From Schmidtea nova (taxonomy: Eukaryota), in NCBI GenBank assembly GCA_044892505.1, contig CM097882.1, positions 282,100,001 to 282,164,000 of the forward strand: 64,000 nt of DNA, read 5' to 3'. This document shows positions 41,201 through 52,490 of the stretch, one piece after another. The notes beneath the pieces are model-generated. The model did not search any database. It was not told where the DNA came from and saw only the letters and a program-made list of their open reading frames with translations. The translations under genes and the position numbers were made by a program. The stretch's first letter is position 1; each line of letters starts with the position of its first letter.

Positions 41201-44200
41201 TAAACAGTAAGAGGCTATACGTTGTCGGAAAATAACATTATTAATTTATTTTTTCAACATATCAGAACAAAATATTATCAAAAAATATGTGAAATTATTA
41301 AAATAGATTTACAACATTTAATACAAGATCAATAATATATACATTTCCTATTTATGTAATTTGTTAAAACAGGGTAAACAGAGGAAGATATTACCTCGTT
41401 TTGTTCCTTGCTGTAGCTTATGAGTGACTGCAAGAATAGACATGTAATAAATGCAAATTGAATACGGACCGATGGCGCAGTAACGCGTCAAGTACAATGT
41501 GAAGTCACATCATTCCCTAGGCACTGGCGACATAAATGTTCAAATAACATAAAAAATTACATATTTTTCCAAAATTATTTGAATCATTAATTTCTACTTA
41601 TTATGAACAAATTGAAAGTTCAGTTAAACCTATAAACAATTTTTTGAAAATTTTCTTGGCAGTCAACTTGTTAAAAATGATAAAATTAGATTTGAAATTC
41701 TATCCAATAAATATTTGGTAATATTTTGTTTTTTGGAAATATACTATCATTTTTAGCAGTGACCAATTTTCATTTTCTATTTAATTTTTCGGGCAATAGG
41801 TCAATATTTTTCGGAACTCTTGAAAAAGACTGCCGAAAATTCCTATTAAATAAATAAAAATATTGATATATAATCTGAAAAAAATAAAGGCAAAGGAAAT
41901 GACTAAAGAAATAAATATCCTAGATAAAAAAATTGTTCATTAGTCACCTCAGCACTAATTACATAGGTGTAAAAGTAAACCTTATGGCCCCGTGAGTTAA
42001 AATATAAATCTCGAAACCGATATTTTAGGATCTAAAAAAGATGTGGCATACTAAAGAGTGATAATCAATAAATCGAGGAAAATTTAAGACTTCACAAAAG
42101 ATTTCAGTGTTTCGTTATGATTGAGTCAGTGAGATTATCACATTTTGTAAACATACAAAATTCAAATTTCGTCATTCAATTACTTCTCCCATTGTCCTAA
42201 ATAGTCAATACCAAGCTTACTATTAAAGTTCTTTTCGTATGATTCTACAGAGTCTTTAGAAGTCGTATTTTCTACAGCAAATCAATGACTCAATAAATAA
42301 TAAATAAGTTTGGAACTTCAAATTTATATCCATTAACTCATTTCTGAATGATTAGAAGATCAACTCACGACTCCCTATGCATGCTATGTAAAGCAATTGA
42401 ATAATTTCATAAAAATACAGAATTCAACTCAATCAATTAGGCTTTGCTCTGAAATTTTATTCAAACAATATTCAATTTTTCTTTTCCTTCCATCCGTTGC
42501 AAACTTTTTTGCGGCACAATAGATTCCCGTGAAACAAAAAGGTCTGAGAACCAATAATATAAATATGACAATAATTATTAGTCTAGTAAGCGAACTAAAA
42601 CGAAAATAATTATAAAAAATATATTTTGTTTCAATAAATCACATTTTTAATCGTAACTTGCTAAGTTAATTTCAAAAAATAAATAATAAGGAATATTTTT
42701 AAAAGTAAAATAATGCAAAACCTTTTTCAAAATTATAATAAAAAACAATTTGTAAACTTACATCTGCTAAATTCATTTTTGAAATGAGAAACTGAGCAAA
42801 TTTTTGTAAATCTTCTTTGCTGAGCTTAGAGAGAGATTCTGATATTGGAGCTCTAATTTGAACATTTTTCGCCTCGTGTATCCTGTAGAGACAGGCCGCA
42901 ACGACATGGGAACACCAAACTTTGTCGACACACTCGAGAAAATCACAAGAACAATGACATGAAGTGATTCGACCCCGATCGAACGTTACACCGACTTTAA
43001 ATATGTTATTGTAAACCGATTGAACGCCAAGATTATTTCCATTATTGATTTGCTTCACTCCGTTATTTGTATTTGATGAACCGTTGACATTGAACTCGGA
43101 GTTCGAGTTGATAAACGTAGGAAAACCATTATAATTATTAGTATCATATTGGGACTGTTGAATTGCTCCATTCGATGACTGTGTTTGAGAATTGACGGGT
43201 CTTCTGGACACTTTTGCACTCAAATGAAATCCTTAAATCGAGAAAAATTTCATTTGCACGTTATAAATTATCGTAAATATAGCAAACAGGCATAAATAGC
43301 ATTTACATACAAAGATTGCAGAGAACATGAGATTTCCGAATAAGAATTTTCCATAACTATTACTCATGATAATTAATAATAATTATTCTGGACACACAAA
43401 TTAATGAAGGATGATTAATAATACATTATTTCAGAAATTATAATTATCTTAATAGATAGACTACATAGATGTAATGACAAATTTCAATTACAAATTGGAA
43501 TTCCGATTAGAATGGCTTTAGATTTTTTTGTTCTATGATAGTCGATCAGGGTTACCAACTCGACCATTTTCACCCGAAGACTTCGGGTTTGATGTGGTAA
43601 CTTCGGGTCTTCGGGTTTGTCAAAATATTTGAACTTACTTTTAGCTCAATCTTGAAAGTTTGTGAAGTACTAAATTTAGAAGTTGACGAAGATAAAATAT
43701 ATGATAAAATTGCTATTAATCAGATTCTTCCAAAGATTAGAATTACTGAAAATGGAAAAAATGAAGTTTTACAATTATGGGTGAAAATATTCCAGTCGAC
43801 TAATGGACTTAATAAAATTAAAAAAATAATGTCGAAAGTTTTAAGCATTCCGGTTAGTAATGCATTTATTGAAAGAATTTTTTCAATAATGAATTCCGTT
43901 TGGAGAGATGAAAGAAATAAAATGAGATTAGCGCTTATTAAAGCTGAACTTTCTGTAAGAATAAATTTCGACATGAAATGTGAAGATTTTCTTACATATT
44001 TAAAATCATCAGAACAAAAAAATTTACTTGAATGTTCATTAAAAACAACAAAATATAATTTAAAGAATTAATTATATTTTCTGAAGTTCCTAATTTTTTT
44101 ATGTTTTCTTATTGAATAAATTTTGTTGTTTTATGTTTTATTGTTATTGAATAAATATATTTTGTTTTATATTCATGTATTTATTATATATTAAATCTTC

Positions 44201-47200
44201 GGATGTAAAAATAATTTCTTCGGGTCTGACTCGTTCAAGAGTTGGTAACGCTGTAGTAGATCAATAAATTTGTGGATACGTTTAATTTATTTTTAATTAT
44301 AATTGCCATTTGAGAAAAAAGTCTAAATAAAAGATTTTACTGATAACTGTTTGAATTAAATAATCATTTAAATCCTTTAACTGATAACTGTCATTTGTAA
44401 ATTGAAAGATGTTCTATATTTATTACAGTAGGTCGTTATTTTAATACGCATACTAAATAAATATCTGTAACACTTTTGAGACGGCTTTCGAATACACGAG
44501 TTAAAGTTAAATTTTAAAGTAGTTTCTTTATTAAATATGGCAATAAATTTCAGCTTTAAATAAGGGATTGGGCTAGTATAAAATACAAACTGTTACATAT
44601 TTTAACCGAGTTCAGTGTAATTTCAAGCTTCTAGTATGTGTACCAGTCGTCTCTCAAAAAGATTAAAGAGTGACTCGTTCAATAAACAATTAAAGCAAGA
44701 CCTTGAGTTAGGCAAATTGATATTTTTCTCAGAGGTCACGTAGCTGTTTACCTGATCGTAGTGTTGTTACTAGACATCTCATTTAGTAAAATCTATTTTT
44801 TATTTTTCATTCCAGAAAACTTCTAAATTGCAAGGAATTTTTATTTATTGAAAAATATTCACAATCTTATTTAATGTTTTGTTCTACTCCAAGGCCTCAT
44901 TTAACACATTTTCAGTTTTATTGTTAATACAATTTATGTTATTAGTTTCCAGCTATTTGATTAGTTGTTTCGTCGACATCAATATTTACTCAGCTCCAAA
45001 ATAAACAAAGATACATAAACGAATAAATATTCTTGTATTTCACTTTGTATGGTGATTTTACTTTATATTTTTTGATATTGGCATAATTTGTCACGAAATA
45101 AAATTGTATGATATCAATTTTAAATATAAATTTTCAAGTAATATAATTTTAGTATTAAGGATAAAATTCTTAAAAATTGAGATCATGCCATCAACCAATC
45201 CTGAAGCTCCTAATCTATCACCATACAGATTTTAATATTAATATTTAAGATATTCCAACAATTTCTCAATACTGTGACGAATATGTGCTGTTTAATGCTC
45301 CAAGAAATATGAAGGCGATTGATATAAATGACCCAAGGGAAAAGTTTCCGAGAAAAACTCAACTGTCGACATCTGAAGAAAACTAGCTGCGGCAGACTTA
45401 TCTCTACCTACAATCGACCAGAGATCTTTGAACATGTCTAACACCAACCAGATAAGAATCGATTATCACTCAATGATTGAATACTGCCAATTTCGGTCTT
45501 AAACTGGACCCTATCTTTCCACCATTAAACATATTTCACCAAGAACGCTTTCATATTTTCAAGGCATATTTATCGTCATATCGACATACATAAACCAAAA
45601 TTATAATTATCTTTTTGTTTCACCTTTGATCTTTTTTATTATTAATATCAATAATTCCCATAATAGATGACTATAGATCAAAATTATTTTATAAACAATA
45701 ACACAATATTTCGGCACAGCCTTTATCAAGTGTGTATACATACTTGATAAAGGCTGTGCCGAAATATTGTGTACTTATTTAAAGAAATTTTGATCTATAG
45801 TCATCCATTATGGGAATTATTGATATTAATAATAAACCAAAATTAAAATATTATATTTTCCAGCAAATGCGTAATATTTAGCATATTTTTGGAAATTTTA
45901 TTATTGACAATCCTACTAAGCGTCACTTGTCGAAATAAATTTGATTCACATTTAAGTGCGTTTACCGTATACATATGTCAAGTAGAAGTGTTCCTATGGT
46001 GTGTTTGACGTACGGGTGAAAAGAAATTACCATTTTCTATGAAAATTCAAAACCTATTGGTTTGTTTGACCTGTGTTTGACTTATATATACGTCATCGCC
46101 AATTTTAATTACTCGCCCAGAAATACATTTTTGAAAATAAACTACTTGCTTAACTGGTTAATCACTAATTTACCGATTTAAGTATATAAAATAAGACAGT
46201 TGAAATAAAATTTAAATTCGATTTGAAATTAAAATTAGAAATAGGAAAAACTAACATTTATGAAAAATTTGATTGCAAAATTGGTAAACTTAGATTAAAA
46301 TATAATAACTAAAATGATGTTTAGAATAAAAAAATTTTAATTATACAAGTTTTTTGCCGATAGATGCACAGAATGAGATGACTTTTCTATGAAAATTTAA
46401 CGATATATTTCATTTGACACATTATACATATATTATGTCATTATTGATCCCACGTAAACTGGCGAGAAAACGTTCATAAAAACCTTCAATGAATCAAATC
46501 AGATAAATAATAACAGAAATTCTCTCTACATTGGATTAGAGCTAATTTTACACTTAATGTGTCGCTTTTTGACAACGAAATCCATGATTAATCGCTAAGT
46601 TTTAAATTGAAATATTTAATTGATGCTATATATTGTTAAAATTTAGAAAACAACGTAAATTAATCAAGAAAATAGGCTTATTATTAAATAATTTTAAAAA
46701 CGAATTTTTAAGCAAAATTTTTAAAGATAATTTATTACATAATAATTGTATAATGTTATTAAAAACGAATCATTATAAATTATAAGATGAAAAACGATAA
46801 TGAAAGAAAATATTAAATAAGAAAATTTTATTTATTTTTAACCACCAAATGTTAACAATTAATATGAGCTTTCGACAGACAAAAAAATCTGCAAAATATT
46901 AAAGATATTATGATTGAATGAAAAATCATAATTCTAATATACTGTAGAAATGCTAATTCTGTGGTACAGCAATCGTTTGCCATTTCGCGCTTCGAATTTT
47001 ACGGCTTCACTCTATTGTGATCTTTTTTCAAATATATATTCTAATCACAGTACATTATCAACACAATGCTCACGAGAATTGTATGCATATAATATTGGGT
47101 ATAATAGTGACTTGGTGGGTTTAATTTCATGTTAATACCCTTATTTAAAGTGTCTTAAAAATGTTTTCTACGTTCTGACTACGAAAATCTTCGATTTATT

Positions 47201-49810
47201 AACAAAAAATCATACTTCGTGGTAATTCACTTATCGTTGTAAAGTCTGAAACGAATTAACCACGATAAACGAGGGATTACTTTATATACTATACGAACAT
47301 AAAAATATCATCTTAGAAATGATGCATCTCATGATTCCAATCAATCACATTTTAAGAAGTTTTGAAAGCATAAAACTTTTCAAAAGATTCGACTTCCTAA
47401 AACATCATCTTTAGAAGAATTGCGAAAGCGAAATTTCAAAATGATCAAACAACTAAGATTCACGGCTAAGTTAATTCATCCATTGTTGAATTTGGTACAT
47501 GTATTCCAGTGAGATAAGTGTGTAAGTTTAACGCAGGCAATTATAGCTGATAACAAAAAACGACTTATTAAATAGCTGAATTGATCCTAAACTGAAAACT
47601 TATTAATCTCTATCTTCTGGAGTGATGGAACCTATTTCTACGCTATGAAACAGTTAATCGTCACAAAGGATTTTGGAAACTCATACAGAGTAAATGTAAG
47701 CCTCTAAAACAAAACGGTGGTTTCCTTTTAACTGAAACTTGAAAATTGCAGACAATTGATAAACACAAAAATTTGTTTTTATTGCAAAAGCACTTAATCC
47801 ATCAACTTAGAAATAGCAAATGATAATAGTATTTTTTCATCCATTGCATGTCATGCATGGATATTTATTTACAAACTTTATTTGTGATCAATTTTCTAGA
47901 ATGATTTTCGAGGTCACAGAAATGTTCACATAAATACCTTTTTAAAACAAACAACTTTTGTTTGAAAAAGATGAGAATCTTACTTTTTAAATTTCTAGGG
48001 TGGACTTGAAAGCTTGCAATTCTCTAAATTATAATTTTATAATATTGACTCACAGAAAATAAACTTAATAAGATATTCAATTTGATTATTAGTTTTAGAA
48101 TAGTTTATTATTTGCTTCTCATCAGTATCATGAAAGAAACTCGATTTTATATGGAATCGATCATAATCTGATTACTCCACATTGAATATCACAATTATTG
48201 TTACGCTCTGATCAAATATACGTAAATACATTTAATATCTTACAAATTAGGCGTATGAGAAACTCATATAATCATCAAATAGATGTGTAAACACAGTTAA
48301 AGATTGTAACGGCGTCCAATAGTGGTAAGTAATTAAATATTCACTAGACTCAATTCTGGATTGAATCGAGTTTTTTACTTGGTACCGATGAGAACAAAAT
48401 AGGATTAAAACTAGTCTATCATTAGAAATATCATTGAAAATCCCACTCAAGCTTTTATTTTAATCACAAAGTCATCCTAAAACCAAAACCATTTGAAAAT
48501 AATTTACGCTTAAAGTAAATTACATAACAAAATTTGCAGCGTTTCCCCAAATGAATATTTGAGTAATAATGGGAATATATGATATGTTAAATTATTTAAA
48601 TTAATTAAAGGAGACGGAATAATTTTAAAGTAAGGCAAAAATGTTTGCGAGGGGCGTGGAAACTGAAGAATGTAAAAGAAAGTGAGGTAGGAATCTTCAC
48701 AGAAATTCAATTTAAAAATCACAAAAATTTAGCTAAATGTCTTTCAAATATCATTATTTAAACTTTATTAATGCGTAGTATTTATTTTACTAAAAAATCT
48801 GTAAGGTTTACAGAAAATTTCGTAATTTTAATTTGACTTTCTAAAATATGATATTAATAAAAATTCGGAATCGTTTCAATTGATCATTTGAAATATTATA
48901 TCTTAAATTTGATAAGAACGAAAAAGGTATACTATTTAATAATTAGGGATATAGTAGTCAAATATGACCAAATTCGTATATTTTCATTAAAAAATATATA
49001 TTTATTAACTTTTGGGATTTCAGGTTTATTTTTTCTCTAAATATTAAGCTCTAATGGTTAGTCAATAAAAATATACAATTTCAAAAATGTTTTTGATAAA
49101 AATATTGCATTCAAAACATAAAATAATATCTAAAATATGCGCAACATTCGAATCAATCAGCTTAGAATTAGTCAATTAGATATATGCAACACTTTAAATA
49201 TGTCAGTAGGTATGTGAAAGTTTTTTGAGTTTTTTAATTTGTTAAAATCCGAGTCATGTTTATAATTATTCAATTAAACTTAGATTAATTATTTATTAAT
49301 TATTTATTAATTGATTATTAATTTCCTACCAATCTGTAAACAATCTTGAACAGCTTTGGTTTTGTACAAATTTTCACCCCGGATAAACTCGTCAATATTT
49401 CCACATCCCAGACAGGAATACAATCGAATTTCTTCTTCGCTAGATGGAAAACTATAGAAAGCTATTAATTTGATCAATTCCTCTGGAAATGGAACACCAC
49501 GTTCAGTTAAATCAAACCCCGGTTGAATAGCAGCAACAACCTTTGCAGCTTGGTTGAGTAACTTTTTAGGTTGATAATATTTCACTTCATCTAAAAAAAT
49601 AACAACCGAAAAAAAAATTCATTTCAAATTTCCATAAGATTATTTACATGAGAAATTATTTATTTGATGATTGTTTGCATTGTAGGCTTTTTTCCATCCT
49701 CGCCAATTGTTTATTTGATCCTCAGAATCACTTAGCCAAGAATTGACGGAATCATCATCAAATTGATCACTATCGGCAAAAGAAATTTGGTCTGCATCAG
49801 TGTTTATCAT
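11340..49810 (-). CDS. ZSWIM8: Zinc finger SWIM domain-containing protein 8 (Dora/EBAX-1 orthologue), 17 exons, about 2210 aa
   Basis: Conserved blocks appear in order: NWRGWKK; FPSSEEEIRLYSCL; QIGFHLSA; FDRGRITSCHCSC..WCSHVVA (SWIM); GAPDLTAG; RPMRGKEPEGIWNL; CDEMVQLWR; CEALCYHGY; LGFESALSVLGMK; TGMAAVDSSAPETT; SRTYSSHVAWI; IRWTIRLAKLLG; KDLWSRI. Summed exon length is 6633 nt, divisible by 3, with all junction phases consistent. Confidence 0.95.
13517..13677. repeat. Two adjacent perfect hairpins (59-bp arms centred at 13576; 22-bp arms centred at 13655)
   Basis: Direct base-by-base complementarity with 1-nt loops. Confidence 0.9.
14097..15237 (-). CDS. ZSWIM8: ZSWIM8 exon 16
   Basis: YLRKAFSSAMKA...IRWTIRLAKLLG..QNPFLMKDIIMEV; TTTCAG acceptor and GTAAGT donor. 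Confidence 0.88.
15870..17065 (+). mobile_element. Decayed mariner (Tc1/mariner) transposon
   Basis: ORF 16030 (EFRSVIRFL..EAAYGEEAL..YNWIRKF..DNERSERP) is a mariner HTH N-terminus. Degenerate TIRs: ctaaaaggttcttagactcgcataaaaataa near 15885 versus the reverse complement of 17020-17055. Confidence 0.8.
17633..18863 (-). mobile_element. Internally deleted hAT (Charlie/Buster-like) element
   Basis: TIRs cagtgtttctcaa / ttgagaaccccgg with a 7/8-matching 8-bp TSD (gtttagaa / gtttagat). Contains a nested CGACTC-rich hAT-type end at 18470-18567. Confidence 0.6.
18896..19028 (-). CDS. ZSWIM8: ZSWIM8 exon 15 (not in ORF track)
   Basis: LFNPHNIPNLIMSQAAPQLPGG...; this 133-nt exon (48-nt intron upstream, GTGAGT donor) supplies the phase-1 junction needed by exon 16. 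Confidence 0.8.
19077..20453 (-). CDS. ZSWIM8: ZSWIM8 exon 14
   Basis: TGMAAVDSSAPETT...LAHHMFELAQTVL...CAFQLGLYALGL..SRTYSSHVAWI..HLNPSEVA. Confidence 0.92.
20713..22625 (+). mobile_element. Tc3-like (Tc1 family) transposon, pseudogenised; transposase about 21046-22380 with one intron
   Basis: RKLSERAQRRVVDTASN..ARLDFCRVNM, SDEKKFNL, RDLRKEP, SVMVW, FQQDNA..H and WPACSSDCNSIEN. TIRs: cagtgcttaacataattaaatccgcttt versus aaagcggttatatttatgttaagt. Confidence 0.9.
23052..23558 (-). CDS. ZSWIM8: ZSWIM8 exon 13
   Basis: ILNQLLDP followed by an S/T-rich linker; phase 0 at both ends. Confidence 0.82.
24195..24264. repeat. (TA)n microsatellite; others at about 31170-31225, 31351-31420, 34078-34132, 35248-35295
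   Basis: Direct reading. Confidence 0.95.
24279..24469 (-). CDS. ZSWIM8: ZSWIM8 exon 12
   Basis: NLGFESALSVLGMK..LLVEGQRR..YKDDVDKL; GTAAGT donor. Confidence 0.9.
24654..24808. other. Assembly gap (N run)
   Basis: Run of N. Confidence 1.
26354..26542 (-). CDS. ZSWIM8: ZSWIM8 exon 11 (not in ORF track)
   Basis: EIHVPYNLALFIFEQL matches the conserved LPLMLASFIFDVL block; TTCCAG acceptor and GTAAGT donor. Confidence 0.85.
26825..27024. mobile_element. 200-bp MITE of pogo/Tc2 type
   Basis: TA-flanked TIRs ccgtattttcc..tagtcgc / gcgacttata..aaaatacgg. Confidence 0.8.
28043..28234. repeat. Long-hairpin repeat family, copy 1 (about 92-bp arms, 7-nt loop)
   Basis: tcaataattctcataatgactatagatcaaa...ggcacagcctttatcaagtg / reverse complement. 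Confidence 0.9.
28273..28465. other. Assembly gap (N run)
   Basis: Run of N. Confidence 1.
29293..29623 (-). CDS. ZSWIM8: ZSWIM8 exon 10
   Basis: AFHLLIFALQLPRPPAPYRHLEV matches the conserved FALELQRPPA block. Confidence 0.85.
30075..31064 (+). mobile_element. pogo/Tigger 3' remnant lying between two arms of a hairpin-family copy
   Basis: LLDAIHFVKNARDRVKPEIIKNCFNKAG (30182-30273) is the pogo DDE C-terminal motif. The right end is ccgggatttcagtg|TA. Hairpin-family arms flank it at about 30042-30078 and 31091-31170. Confidence 0.7.
31227..31870 (+). mobile_element. Probable piggyBac remnant, including a hairpin with (TA)n loop (31290-31478)
   Basis: TAA|CCCT start. Translation NPYFLH..NFRYHLVK..HCYVC..TKYQ..VGLC resembles the piggyBac C-terminal cysteine-rich domain; degenerate. 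Confidence 0.45.
32073..32462 (-). CDS. ZSWIM8: ZSWIM8 exon 9
   Basis: LKYAKCEALCYHGYPNEAAQLAYQLAEEML; the donor GTTTTA is weak, so the 3' boundary is less certain. Confidence 0.8.
32730..33180 (-). mobile_element. pogo/Tigger transposase remnant (CENP-B HTH plus DDE start)
   Basis: SGPILCKKAL, FKA..RLHNFKS, IFNADETCVFWK and APGY motifs with frameshifts. Confidence 0.75.
34134..34296. repeat. Long-hairpin repeat family, short variant (51-bp arms, 9-nt loop) plus unpaired tail
   Basis: Hairpin 34134-34244 with one mismatch. The tail aaaaaagatcaaaggtgaa...gataattatgat is shared with the 28.2-kb copy. Confidence 0.9.
34899..35235 (-). CDS. ZSWIM8: ZSWIM8 exon 8 (acidic low-complexity)
   Basis: Phase-2 acceptor and phase-0 GTATGA donor fit the flanking exons; weak sequence conservation. 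Confidence 0.75.
36793..37304 (-). CDS. ZSWIM8: ZSWIM8 exon 7
   Basis: IMMWWYCVK...FCDEMVQLWRIAAL...FVGFKSAMEAC. Confidence 0.9.
37848..38043 (-). CDS. ZSWIM8: ZSWIM8 exon 6
   Basis: LRPMRGKEPEGIWNLISIIRDMFRREDSNA; GTAAGT donor. Confidence 0.9.
39566..39686 (-). CDS. ZSWIM8: ZSWIM8 exon 5
   Basis: DLTAGASSEDQSMWFFD...KFCVPKPVVY; follows a 51-nt intron. Confidence 0.88.
39738..39819 (-). CDS. ZSWIM8: ZSWIM8 exon 4
   Basis: ILPAAQNILDELLASTNNPMKSIRGAP; TTTCAG acceptor. Confidence 0.88.
39870..40263 (+). mobile_element. hAT 3' remnant ending in a CGACTC-rich terminus
   Basis: The end cgactcctgactcacaatccctg resembles the 18567 end. Weak dimerisation-domain-like translation (AVSIAF*KLSLILS). 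Confidence 0.4.
42762..43231 (-). CDS. ZSWIM8: ZSWIM8 exon 3 (SWIM zinc finger)
   Basis: GFHLSA...TFDRGRITSCHCSC..WCSHVVAACLYRIH..RAPISESLSKL; GTAAGT donor. Confidence 0.92.
43547..44253 (+). mobile_element. 707-bp non-autonomous hAT element retaining the C-terminal dimerisation-domain ORF (43652-44071)
   Basis: TIRs cagggttaccaactc / gagttggtaacgctg and an 8-bp TSD (tagtcgat / tagtagat). Subterminal cttcggg repeats. VLSIPVSNAFIERIFSIMN..W.DERN motif. Confidence 0.9.
45603..45835. repeat. Long-hairpin repeat family, hybrid copy in opposite orientation
   Basis: Tail on the left. The left arm is 28.1-kb type and the right arm partly 34.2-kb type. The loop contains tgtataca. Confidence 0.9.
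49330..49590 (-). CDS. ZSWIM8: ZSWIM8 exon 2
   Basis: PEELIKLIAFYSFPSSEEEIRLYSCLG...AVQDCLQI; TTTTAG acceptor and GTAGG donor. Confidence 0.9.
49648..49810 (-). CDS. ZSWIM8: ZSWIM8 exon 1 (start codon)
   Basis: MINTDADQISFADSDQFDDDSVNSWLSDSEDQINNWRGWKK; 57-nt phase-1 intron follows. Confidence 0.85.
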
Positions 49811-51228
49811 GATTTAATGACTTATAAATATAGCTTCTCGCCATAAACTGCAGCTGTCTTATTTAAGGCATTCAAACAAACGTTCTAAATCTAAGTTAAT
49901 TTTATAAATTATTAAGAAGGATTTTACTGTATTTTTACGTTTTTAAATAAAATTAATTTGTTTTCAATTAATTTAATTATTTTTATTTATAGAAATGATT
50001 TTTGGATATAAACTTGTGATAATTCAATTTTTTAGAAACTAATAATTATTTGTTGATTTTGAAATATAATTCATTTTTAATTTTATATACATTGATAATA
50101 TATACTTTAGCGTATAATTAAAGTTGTTTTTATAAATCAAGGCATTTTTATTATTTTGACTACTGATAACAAGTTTAAAAAGATTATTTCTAGAATATGG
50201 AAATGATGGTAGTGCTGATGTTTTGTAGGTGGTTTAATAATCAGACTTTAATACTTCTTTTGAAACACATAAAAACTAATTCCCTACTGTTGCCATCCGT
50301 TGCTTGGCAACGTTGGTACTGTACCAAGGGGTTGAATGTGTCTGCAAAATGTGAGCTGCATCTTCGCGACTGCTAATGCCCTGGCAATTCATTAGGTCCA
50401 AGTACCACAGATAGAAGGTTATTTTTACTTTTTATTCTGGACCCATCATGTATCTAATTTATCCTTACTTTCCAAATATCTTTGAATAGAAAATAATTAT
50501 GATATACTCTAATAGAAACATTTATATTTAAATGTTTCTTTCTTTTAGAATTTATTTACACTCTTCCTCAGCCTAATTACTGTTAGACAAAAATGGAATT
50601 CTTTTTAAATAACCTGGTAATACAGTATGTAGAGAGGGCGCACAAAGTGAACTTAAAATGTGATTGAGAAAAACACCAAGTAAAACACAGTAATAACAAA
50701 ACACATGAAATAATTAATTAAAATCAATTAAAATGAACAAAAGCGCATTAGGTATACATGTTAAAAATACACGCAGAACATAAAACACTAATTATGCAAT
50801 AAAATAACAAACTCGGAAAAATTAACATATTGCTGGTTTATTGGTGTTATTTACAACGGAGATTCTAGTTGATATTAAATGTCAGGGTAATCTCGCCAAC
50901 ATAAACACGCTTTCCCCGCTGATACCCATGATGTGTCCCTAACTACTCATCATGTTGGTACTGTATCAATATTGTGAAATGATGAGGCAGGTGAGCAACC
51001 TTGCGGCTACTATTCCTTCATTTATTCACGGGTCCACCACTACCAATAGAAGGTTTATGTGGATTTTTTACGGCCCCAATTGATCTATACGATTGATCTA
51101 TACGAATTGATCTATCCCTGGCCTCCAAATGAATCGCGTATATTATTAATTTGCTCAATCACTCACTTATTTCATCACACATTACTCGCCAATCCACAAC
51201 AAAAACAAGACCTTCGAACATAATACAT

Positions 51229-52490
51229 TTATTTCCCTAAAAACATGGTTGGATTTATAATGTTGATTAGCTGCCTCTCAGATAAGCCACTGAGTAGATC
51301 AACTTCGATACCAAGCCTTTCTGCATACGCCCTTCTCTCTCGTCGACGTTTAGCCACAAGACGGTTCCTTTTCTCTGTCCTCGTCAGCTTAACCTGGGCC
51401 GGTTGTGCGGTCGATGTCTCTCTTTCGTGTGTCGTACTAACGACCTCCTCTGTCTGCGTCGCCATATTCGTATTAGTGGGGGTTACCCATCTATCAAACG
51501 GACTCACTCGGATCAGTGGTTTCAACTGTCCTTCGAAAAACTTTCGATTCGATGCCCGTAAGTAATTATTCAATTCCAGCCTGGCAGCGGCTGTTTCTCG
51601 AGCCTGCTCCTCCAGCGCTCTTTCTGCTCGATACCGACGCTGCTGTATCTCTTTCACTTTTTCGGGATCGAACCATGTTTTATTTAGGGTATCAATTTCC
51701 ACTGTTTGACGACTTATATGTCGCTCTAAGAGTGTATTCGTCTCTGCAATTGTCGCTGATTGTCCGTATCTACGTCTTTCAGTACTCGATCCATCTACAA
51801 TTTATATGGATATTATACAGGCTATATCGGTTTTACAAGACAGCTCCTACTCAACGCGCGATTCCCTTTTTATCATACCTCTTGGTCACTACATTTATCA
51901 TTCATCCATTCATTCCACATCAGTCAACATCAATTTTCGTCCAAGTTTACCCAATCTTGATTACATGGGCTTTCTGGTTTTCGAATACCAATTGGATAGA
52001 AGTACTCATCGTTCGGTTTCCAACATACCCGGTCCTGGTGGATAAAGATCTCTCAGAGTTGAAGGCTTGGCAGCTAATTTGCCTGATTTGCACATATACC
52101 CCAAGGTGAATTTGTGTACGGCCTGCGCTCTTCTGTCTGGACATCCCTCGGTTGGTCCAATAGAACAAATCCTAATCTTTGTAGAACATGTCCCGGAATT
52201 GACATGAAACTAATCATCCAACGAGGTGTGCCAATTTGATCCTCCAGTTGCAGGAACCATTTCCGTGATGACATTGATATGGATGGTCCTGACGGCGGCT
52301 ATTGAGCATCTCCTTCCCATCGAATATTAATTGTGTACGAGTCATTTCTCGCATTGGCCGTTAGATTACTATGGCTCCGTTTAAGATATCGTAGGCATCG
52401 TTCGGCTCGTGCTTTTATCAATGGGGGTATCCGTGAGGTTTCTCTCGGCTTCCGAATCTTTTGGGCTACAGATTTCTTTGATGTTGTCAT
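51229..52490 (-). pseudogene. Degenerate long ORF of unknown function
   Basis: ORFs 52299-52490 and 52074-52274 plus downstream sequence share one frame with scattered stops. A frameshift leads into the frame of ORF 51229-51702 (basic, coiled-coil-rich). Confidence 0.5.
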
